DNA of 37,742 bases from a virus, in the IMG/VR virus record IMGVR_UViG_3300045741_000353, positions 1 through 37,742 of that record; one strand, given 5' to 3'. The translations under genes were made by a program, and so were the position numbers. Shown here one piece after another: positions 24,808 through 31,092 of this stretch (position 1 is its first letter; each line of letters starts with the position of its first letter). The notes below the pieces were generated by a model. That model made no database searches. It saw nothing but the letters and a program-made list of their open reading frames with translations, and was not told the DNA's origin.

Positions 24808-27054
24808 ATGACTTTACCCCTCTCTCAAAGAGCACAATTGGTTGTTGGTTCTAATGTAAAAGAGCCAAATATTGTGCTTGAGATTGAGGGGATTAGCACT
24901 TTGTATGGTGCGATAATAATAAAAACTGATGTAAAAGTTGGTGATATTGATCTTGAGGTTGGAGACCCAGTTTCAAATCCAAATGCTTTTTACGTTGGTG
25001 ATTTGAGAGAGGTTTCAGACCAAGATAATGCAATATCAATGAGTGGCACCAGTCAATCAATTAGACAAATGCTCCAGATTGACATTGGTCAAGGCTCATC
25101 AATTTCTAATATGTCAATTGCTCTAATTGATAGTGGTGACATCACAAAACTCATTACTCCAGGTCAATTGATTGATGATATTTTGCAAGCCAGATGCAAA
25201 GTTTATCTTGGTTTCTCAGATGTATCGTGGCCTAAGGATTACGTTGTAATTTTTAGAGGAATAGTTACTGATGTTACCAGTGATGCTGGAAAAATAATTT
25301 TGATGCTAAATCATCCAGATGACAAAAAACAGGGTTCAATATTTAAGAGTGTTAAACCAAAGCTGGTTGGAAATATTAATTCAGTAACAACAACAATAAA
25401 TCTTGATTCTGTAAATGATTTACTTGTGCCAGTGCTTGGTCCTGATGGCACATATGACCCATCTTTTCAGGCCTATGTATTAATTGACAGTGAGGCGATT
25501 GGATACACTGGAGTTTCTGGTTTAACCTTGACTGGTGTGACAAGGGGAGGATTGCTGTCAATACCAGCCAGCCATAGCGATGGCACAGCGGCTGAGACGA
25601 TTTATCAATTGACTGGAAACTGCATTGATTTGGCTTTAAAAATCATGTGCTCAAATGGTGTTGGTGGATTTTACGCCTCACAACTTGATATGACATCATT
25701 TAACAATATCGATACTGGCATTGTCCAAAATGCAATTTACTTTAATAAAACTAATTTAGTTGATAAATACAATGTTGCAGTTGGCGATTTTATTACAACT
25801 ATTGGTGCATCAAATGGAGCTAACAACGTCTCTTTACAGCCTATCATTGACATCATCGATACTCCAGAGGGTCAATATTTAGTCATTGGAGGGACTGCTT
25901 TTTTTGTGACTGAAACAGGCACCTCGGCATTACTTTTCATTAGGTCACAATACGACACTTTGCCTGATGGGTTGGCTTTAACTAATGATGAGGTTGATTT
26001 AGATGAGCATTTACATTTACAAGACATTTTCCTTGGCGGATTTTCTTATGATTTTAGGCTTAAAGAAACAATTGATGACGCAAGAAAATTTTTAGAAACT
26101 GAAATTTACTCACCAGTCGCTGCCTTTTCTTTGCCAAGAAAATCAAGATGCTCTGTTGGATATCACATTGGTCCGATACCAGGACAATATATTAAGACAT
26201 TTGATGCATCGAATATTAAAAACCCATCAAAGCAAAAGCTTGTTAGGTCAACTAATAGAAATTTCTATAATGAAATTGTTTATGAGTTTGACCAATCATT
26301 TGTGACTGGAGAGTTTATTTCTGGTCTGATTACAATTTCTGAAACATCAAAGGCTCAGATAAAAGGATACAATAAAACTCTAACAATTAAATCAAAGGGC
26401 TTGAGGTCATCTACTGGCGCGGCAAGTATTGCTCATTCGCAAAGCAACAGGCGTTTAAGTAGATATCAATTTGCGGCTGAAATGCTGTCTTTTGGTACAT
26501 CATTTTCTGATGGTTTTAACGTCGAAATTGGTGACATTGTTTGGATTGATGGCTCGCAACTTAAAATGCCTGACATAAAAACAGCATTAAAAGGTATGGC
26601 TGGCAGATATTTCTTTGTGCAAAATAAAACTTTGAATTTTAAAGGTGACATTCAATTTGATTTTCTTGATACAAACTTTTTAGGTACTGGGAGATATGGA
26701 TTACAATCACCATCTAGCCAGGTGCTGTCCGGCACATCTACAACTGAATTTACGATAGGTCAGAGTTATTCTCATAAATTTGGAGTTGCAGAGCACAAGA
26801 AATGGTCTCAATTGGTTGGAGCTAAAGTAATTGTTAGGTCACCAAATTATAGTGTATCGGCTGAAACTATAATTCAGGATGCTTCAACAAACGTGATTCA
26901 AGTTTTACCAGCCTTGCCTTTTGTGCCAGCAACTGGATATGTAATGGAGTTTGTTATTTATCCAGATCAGGTTTTAGAATTAGCTGATTTGATTTATGTG
27001 GCTATGAGTAATGTTGATTTTATTGATGGTAAAAAACAATTTGTGCAATTGTAA
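24808..27054 (+). CDS. Large tail tip or host-specificity-like structural protein, 748 aa
   Basis: The call rests on size and on the adjacent Gly-rich tail protein gene. No catalytic motif recognised. Confidence 0.4.
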   Translation: MTLPLSQRAQLVVGSNVKEPNIVLEIEGISTLYGAIIIKTDVKVGDIDLEVGDPVSNPNAFYVGDLREVSDQDNAISMSGTSQSIRQMLQIDIGQGSSISNMSIALIDSGDITKLITPGQLIDDILQARCKVYLGFSDVSWPKDYVVIFRGIVTDVTSDAGKIILMLNHPDDKKQGSIFKSVKPKLVGNINSVTTTINLDSVNDLLVPVLGPDGTYDPSFQAYVLIDSEAIGYTGVSGLTLTGVTRGGLLSIPASHSDGTAAETIYQLTGNCIDLALKIMCSNGVGGFYASQLDMTSFNNIDTGIVQNAIYFNKTNLVDKYNVAVGDFITTIGASNGANNVSLQPIIDIIDTPEGQYLVIGGTAFFVTETGTSALLFIRSQYDTLPDGLALTNDEVDLDEHLHLQDIFLGGFSYDFRLKETIDDARKFLETEIYSPVAAFSLPRKSRCSVGYHIGPIPGQYIKTFDASNIKNPSKQKLVRSTNRNFYNEIVYEFDQSFVTGEFISGLITISETSKAQIKGYNKTLTIKSKGLRSSTGAASIAHSQSNRRLSRYQFAAEMLSFGTSFSDGFNVEIGDIVWIDGSQLKMPDIKTALKGMAGRYFFVQNKTLNFKGDIQFDFLDTNFLGTGRYGLQSPSSQVLSGTSTTEFTIGQSYSHKFGVAEHKKWSQLVGAKVIVRSPNYSVSAETIIQDASTNVIQVLPALPFVPATGYVMEFVIYPDQVLELADLIYVAMSNVDFIDGKKQFVQL

Positions 27055-27075
27055 ATTTAAAAATAAGGGGGATTT

Positions 27076-27888
27076 GTGCCAGATATTGCAAGTGCTTTAA
27101 TTAAAATGAATGACTCTGAAATAGGCTCTGACAAACCAGTGTCAGAGGCGTTAATGACAAAGCTTGGTGCAAGCATAAATGCTTTGATTGATTTAGCACC
27201 ATCATTTCAGGCTTTTAATTCTAATGGGTCTTTTACTGCGCCACCAAATGTAACTCGTGTATTTTTATTTGGATGGGGAGGTGGAGGTGGAGGTGGAGGT
27301 GGTGCTGGTGCTGCAACAAATGGTGGTAATGGAGCTAATGGCACAAGTACATCATTTGGTACAACTCTTTTTATTGGTGGAGTTGGTGGAGTTGGTGGAG
27401 TTGGTACTGGTAACCCATCATCTGGTGGAGTTAGTACAGGTGTTGCAAGTGGTGGAAATGGTGGCATAGCCAGTCCAACTCTTATTTTTCCAACAAATGG
27501 ATTTTCAAGCTTCAATTTTCCAGGTGGTAACGCTGGCAGTAATAACAATGGCTTAGGTGGCGGTGGAGGTGGCGGTGGCGCTGCGAGCTCTGGCGGTGCT
27601 GGCGGCGCTGGCGGATCACCCGGTAATGGTGGCAATGGCTCTGGTGGTGCTTTTAATACAGGTGCCGGTGGTGGTGGTGGTGGTGGGTGTGGTGTTGCTG
27701 GTCATCAAGGCGGTGGTGGTGGCGGGAGTGGCTCACCAGGCAATCTTATTGGATTAGGCGTTACACCTGGAGCGACTTATACAATAACCATAGGTAACGG
27801 TGGCTCACCTGGCAGCGCTGGAACAGGTGTAAACACTGGAGGGTTAGGTGGCTCTGGTGGCTCTGGTGGCTTAGTTGTTTTTTGGTAA
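27076..27888 (+). CDS. Glycine-rich domain protein, 270 aa; paralogous to the C-terminus of the 876-aa fibre
   Basis: GTG start after TAAGGGGGAT. FTAPPNVTRVFLFGWGGGGGGGG ... TPGATYTITIGNGG ... GLVVFW parallels TTPANITTSTRFKFKLIGGGGGG ... TSYTMAIGAAG ... AILVEYQN in the fibre. Confidence 0.65.
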   Translation: MPDIASALIKMNDSEIGSDKPVSEALMTKLGASINALIDLAPSFQAFNSNGSFTAPPNVTRVFLFGWGGGGGGGGGAGAATNGGNGANGTSTSFGTTLFIGGVGGVGGVGTGNPSSGGVSTGVASGGNGGIASPTLIFPTNGFSSFNFPGGNAGSNNNGLGGGGGGGGAASSGGAGGAGGSPGNGGNGSGGAFNTGAGGGGGGGCGVAGHQGGGGGGSGSPGNLIGLGVTPGATYTITIGNGGSPGSAGTGVNTGGLGGSGGSGGLVVFW

Positions 27889-27891
27889 TAA

Positions 27892-28407
27892 ATGGGTTTA
27901 GACAGCACTCGTGAGGCCTTGATGCGACAGCAATCGCGTGAGGCCAAACGCTCAGTTAGGCGTCCTAGGCATAATAAAAAGCCAGAGTTTGAATTTAAAA
28001 AAATAGCTGTCAACTGGCTTGCTGATAATGATTTTAAAATGAACGTGGTTGAGTCAAAAGCTGTCTATAATTATGCAGCTGGCAGATATGATCATGGACA
28101 AACAGAGGCTGGATTTTCTGACTTAGTTGGTGTGACACCTTACTTTGGCGTTGCTTGCTATATTGAGCTAAAAGCACCTGGTAAACGCTCAACTTTAGAA
28201 ATTCATCAACGTGATTTCTTGATTGATAAAATAAAGGTTGGTGCTTTTTGTTGCTGCATCGATTCAGTTGACATTTTAAATGAGATTTATTTAGGTTGGT
28301 TAAATTTGAGAAAAACTCAAAGATTCTCTGTGTCTAAAGAATGGCTCATTAATTGGTTACCAAAGGTCAAAGAATTGACAGACAATTTGGCTGATATTAC
28401 AGGATGA
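27892..28407 (+). CDS. VRR-NUC domain nuclease
   Basis: GFSDLVGV...ACYIELKAPGKRSTLEIHQRDFL fits the D...ExK...Q VRR-NUC core. Confidence 0.6.
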   Translation: MGLDSTREALMRQQSREAKRSVRRPRHNKKPEFEFKKIAVNWLADNDFKMNVVESKAVYNYAAGRYDHGQTEAGFSDLVGVTPYFGVACYIELKAPGKRSTLEIHQRDFLIDKIKVGAFCCCIDSVDILNEIYLGWLNLRKTQRFSVSKEWLINWLPKVKELTDNLADITG

Positions 28408-28520
28408 TTAGCGCCAATTTGCGGCCATTGTTTAAATCTTAGTCTTTTAAATCAAATACATTATGATTTAAGGTTGCATAGTGATTGCATTTGTATTCAG
28501 TCACTCCAATTAGAACGCAG

Positions 28521-28570
28521 CAACCAGAGTTACTTGATTCTAGGGGATAAAGTGGCTCTGGTTGTTTTTT
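28521..28570 (+). terminator. Hairpin plus T6 at the convergence point of the two arms
   Basis: CAACCAGAG (28521-28529) pairs with CTCTGGTTG (28556-28564), followed by TTTTTT. The 26-nt loop is long for a canonical terminator. Confidence 0.45.
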
Positions 28571-29246
28571 AAAGTATTGTGAATTCAGTCCCGAACGGGT
28601 TAACCGTGATTGGTCCCGTGAAATACATATTATTTAAAAGACTGATCATTGAGTTAGCCCTGCCAACGCTTTTCTGCCACTCATCTCTTGTGTCTGGGTC
28701 ATGTGGGTAAATAAGTGTTTCGCGCCTGACTTCCATGAACTTCTTAAGCCATGTCTTTTCATCTGACACCGGGCCTGATCTTTTAATCAATCCACCCAAG
28801 CTATCATGATCATCCCCGTCGCCATGTTGAATGATAGCCTCATAGATCGCGACCTTGGTCAGATCATACTGAAAACCATGTCTATCTGCGTGAACCATAG
28901 CCGGGTAATAATAGAGTTTGTCGCTGACAAAATCCTGGGCGTCCTTGAAAATTTGATTAAGGCAGGCATGTTTCCATGCAGCAGGTAACCCACCCAAAAA
29001 GTGAGTACTGCCACTTTTGTACTTAGCCAAATTTCTGAGCGTCGGTAATAGTTTTTTAAAGTCCACTGGGAATCTCTCCACAACCTCAAGCAAGTCCCCC
29101 TCAGCCGTACAAAACCCAGCACGTCCAGCCGTGTACCCTCTGCCATCGTGCAGGTTATCGATATAGCCGTACTGGAGTTCAAGCGTCTCGTTCTCAAAGA
29201 CGCTTATTAATTGATCGGCTCTACGTTTTTGAAATGGGGTTAGCAT
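28569..29246 (-). CDS. Glycoside hydrolase family 46 chitosanase
   Basis: ISVFENETLELQYGYIDNLHDGRGYTAGRAGFCTAEGDLLEVVE aligns by eye with the Streptomyces N174 chitosanase region SSAENSSLDW..QYKYIEDIGDGRGYTGGIIGFCSGTGDMLELVQ (catalytic Glu and Asp contexts). No signal peptide. Confidence 0.85.
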   Translation of the reverse strand: MLTPFQKRRADQLISVFENETLELQYGYIDNLHDGRGYTAGRAGFCTAEGDLLEVVERFPVDFKKLLPTLRNLAKYKSGSTHFLGGLPAAWKHACLNQIFKDAQDFVSDKLYYYPAMVHADRHGFQYDLTKVAIYEAIIQHGDGDDHDSLGGLIKRSGPVSDEKTWLKKFMEVRRETLIYPHDPDTRDEWQKSVGRANSMISLLNNMYFTGPITVNPFGTEFTIL

Positions 29247-29404
29247 TAACCGGAACCGTAACCGGAACCGTAACCGGAACCGTAACCGGAACCGTCACCG
29301 TCACCGTAACCGTCACCGTAACCGTAACCGGAACCGGAACCGTCACCGTCACCGTAACCGTAACCGGAACCGTCACCGGAACCGTAACCGTCTACTGTTT
29401 CCAT
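29246..29404 (-). CDS. 52-aa (Gly-X)24 repeat peptide, X = Tyr/Ser/Asp (below the ORF-track cutoff)
   Basis: ATG 29404, with GAGGCGG about 7 nt upstream. Translation: METVDGYGSGDGSGYGYGDGDGSGSGYGYGDGYGDGDGSGYGSGYGSGYGSG. The TAA stop overlaps the chitosanase ATG (TAATG), and the start overlaps the end of the upstream gene. Confidence 0.5.
   Translation of the reverse strand: METVDGYGSGDGSGYGYGDGDGSGSGYGYGDGYGDGDGSGYGSGYGSGYGSG
29249..29392. repeat. Tandem hexanucleotide array: 24 units of ACCGGA, ACCGTA or ACCGTC
   Basis: Read directly: 8 ACCGGA, 9 ACCGTA and 7 ACCGTC units with no interruption. Confidence 0.95.
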
Positions 29405-29682
29405 ATTTCTACCGCCTCAATAATTTTAGACGCCACGTCAGTCACATTAAGTACTTCAATAATTTCACTGACTTCAATTTCATCAACCGGGGTAGGAAAT
29501 TTACATTCTTTTGGACATTGAGGGCCGTCTACTGCCAATTGACTAAGGCTTGAGGCACCTTTCCAATACCATAGGCGGCGGGCATTCTTTAATATGCCTC
29601 GCTTACCATCGACTGATCTATTTTCAATATCTCCCGGAATGTAAAATACTCCCGCTGAATATGTTCTAACTATCTTTGCCAT
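29392..29682 (-). CDS. Conserved phage protein, 96 aa (RTYSAGV...ARRLWYWKGA..LS.LA motif family)
   Basis: ORF track. The motif pattern recalls a widespread phage family of unknown function (DUF6948-like, from memory and unverified). Confidence 0.55.
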   Translation of the reverse strand: MAKIVRTYSAGVFYIPGDIENRSVDGKRGILKNARRLWYWKGASSLSQLAVDGPQCPKECKFPTPVDEIEVSEIIEVLNVTDVASKIIEAVEIWKQ

Positions 29683-29701
29683 TCAACTTCTCCTTTATTG
29701 G

Positions 29702-29986
29702 TTATTCAATTTCCTTCAAACATTCCCTCGCCTTCGAACCCATCCGATCAGCATAATGCCTGAGCGCGACCTTGGCCTTTTCGAGTTTGGCTTGGCATTC
29801 CTGCATTCTTTGCTCATGCAGGAATAGGCTGATGCATTCTTTGTTTAGCCGCTCGATCTCTGCGCGGGCTTCGGTGAGTTGATCGCTAAATCTTTCAACC
29901 TCAGAATTAGCTACATCGATGTCAGCCTGCGCCGCCTTCAAATTCTCCATCACTCGCTCACAATTGTTGCAGTACTTTTCTCTCAT
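29702..29986 (-). CDS. Coiled-coil protein, 94 aa
   Basis: The ORF is open from 30031, but ATG 29986 forms an ATGA overlap with the stop of the upstream gene. Heptad-rich sequence. Confidence 0.5.
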   Translation of the reverse strand: MREKYCNNCERVMENLKAAQADIDVANSEVERFSDQLTEARAEIERLNKECISLFLHEQRMQECQAKLEKAKVALRHYADRMGSKARECLKEIE

Positions 29987-30216
29987 TCGCTTACTCCTAA
30001 ACGCCAAATGTCCCCGTTTGACAGTACCCATTTTGTCGGCTCATCGGGAGACCGTTTGCAACAACATGACCAACCTTGGAAAGGATCAACCATTATAGCG
30101 TCACCATTTAATTCATCCCCACCCACAAGCCGTCCGCAACGCTTACAATTGTCCACCCCATAACCCCTGATCAAAGACCAAAATAATCTGAAGATTCTCC
30201 AGCGCCGCGAGGTCAT
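29983..30216 (-). CDS. Cys-rich small protein, 77 aa (possible zinc ribbon)
   Basis: CKRCG ... SCCCKR. ATGA overlaps at both ends. Confidence 0.45.
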   Translation of the reverse strand: MTSRRWRIFRLFWSLIRGYGVDNCKRCGRLVGGDELNGDAIMVDPFQGWSCCCKRSPDEPTKWVLSNGDIWRLGVSE

Positions 30217-30380
30217 TTCTTATCCCAGGCTTGGAGGGCTGCGTCCGCAACTTCCCAGTAATTTGGCATTGAGTAATAGGTAAGAGAGCTATCACTATTA
30301 ATTTTCGTAAGCGCCTCAACCAACCCCAATACCTCATTGGATTTAAGCGCCGCACGGCTCAAACGCTCGGGGTAGGTCAT
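30213..30380 (-). CDS. Hypothetical protein, 55 aa (below the ORF-track cutoff)
   Basis: ATGA overlap with the methyltransferase stop and with the next start. Translation: MTYPERLSRAALKSNEVLGLVEALTKINSDSSLTYYSMPNYWEVADAALQAWDKK. It replaces the competing 70-aa ORF 30143..30355. Confidence 0.45.
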   Translation of the reverse strand: MTYPERLSRAALKSNEVLGLVEALTKINSDSSLTYYSMPNYWEVADAALQAWDKK

Positions 30381-30826
30381 TTGCGCCTCCTAAGTTGAAC
30401 CCAATAAGTTGTGGACGCTCGCATTGTGCGTACTGACGTTTTATGTCCAAACAGCGGCTCCCAGTAATCGGCCATCAAAGCAAGCGCCGACTTTAAACTT
30501 AAATCATGGTCATTCCATTTGAAGGCCATGAGTGCATTCGGTTTGCAGATTCGATGGGCCTCCTTCGCTGTCCCTCGAATGATTTCTTTTATTTCTTTGG
30601 CCGTGTGGTGGCCGTAGTTTTTTGACATGTTTCCGTTTTTGCCGAAGTTAGCATGGGGCGGGTCAAATACGGCCAGGTCGAAGTGCGCGTCTGCTAAGTG
30701 CGTATTACGAGAATCAAGAACAAACGTTGGTTCAACTTCAGGTCGGATATCCAAGAAAACAGCGCCAGGATATTTCTTGTTAAACCATACGGCGCGTGTC
30801 CCAGCAGTTAAGTCTACAATTCTCAC
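30377..30826 (-). CDS. Small SAM-dependent methyltransferase (DPPH motif; probably DNA N6A/N4C type)
   Basis: Motif I-like VDLTAGTR, motif IV FDPPH, and a post-motif ...RICKPNALMAFKW. GTG start overlaps the upstream stop (GTGA). Confidence 0.5.
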   Translation of the reverse strand: MRIVDLTAGTRAVWFNKKYPGAVFLDIRPEVEPTFVLDSRNTHLADAHFDLAVFDPPHANFGKNGNMSKNYGHHTAKEIKEIIRGTAKEAHRICKPNALMAFKWNDHDLSLKSALALMADYWEPLFGHKTSVRTMRASTTYWVQLRRRK

Positions 30827-31092
30827 ATCCCCTCCAAAGTTTTCTCAAGGGCTGAGAGGGCTTCGCGCATAGTATCGCAATCCTTGTGATCTAAAAAATG
30901 GCCAAGGTGCGAATGCTCTCCACACTTGTCCGGTATTGTCGGCATGTTTTCGACAAACTCAATCAGGGCGCTTAGGATGGGCTGGAGGCAAATATGCGCT
31001 CGCTGTCGTCCGCGTTCAAAATCAAAGTCGTTGCCCTCGACGTTTTTAAACTCACACGCCTTGCGTAGACGGTCGAGGAGAGTGATGGTCAT
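30823..31092 (-). CDS. Hypothetical protein, 89 aa
   Basis: ORF track. ATGA overlap with the subtilase stop. Confidence 0.5.
   Translation of the reverse strand: MTITLLDRLRKACEFKNVEGNDFDFERGRQRAHICLQPILSALIEFVENMPTIPDKCGEHSHLGHFLDHKDCDTMREALSALEKTLEGM

Noticed and set aside
27207-27635. 142-aa Pro-rich minus-strand ORF, plus the + strand ORFs 27257..27469 and 27557..27757, inside the Gly-rich gene
   Set aside because: These are mirror-frame artefacts of GGN-rich coding sequence (CCN antisense gives Pro). The same explanation covers 22487..22753, 21032..21532, 20564..20869, 21779..22006, 13473..13811 and 18593..18931.
20157-27888. Diversity-generating retroelement targeting the fibre genes
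   Set aside because: The fibre repeats made me look for a template/variable repeat pair and a reverse transcriptase. No RT-like ORF (YxDD motif) exists in the window, and the repeats are in-gene module duplications, not adenine-mutated TR/VR pairs.
28408-28568. tRNA gene or attP site in the 161-bp convergent intergenic region
   Set aside because: No cloverleaf-compatible acceptor or T-arm (GTTCRANNC) could be found by eye, and no integrase is encoded. Short TTTAAATC and TTGCAT repeats are present but were not convincing on their own. The hairpin plus T6 is reported as a terminator instead.
29249-29392. Possible CRISPR-like or telomere-like array
   Set aside because: The units are 6 nt with no spacers, so this is a coding-compatible microsatellite, not a CRISPR array. 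No cas genes are present.
29234-29521. 95-aa plus-strand ORF reading GTVTGTVT... through the hexamer repeat
   Set aside because: It runs antisense to a tightly packed minus-strand operon and has no SD. It is open only because the repeat lacks stops. The minus-strand GY frame has proper start, stop and coupling signals.
30143-30355. 70-aa minus-strand ORF between the methyltransferase and the Cys-rich protein
   Set aside because: A different frame gives a 55-aa ORF (30213..30380) whose start and stop both form ATGA overlaps with its neighbours. That matches the coupling pattern of the whole island. The 70-aa frame has no such signals.
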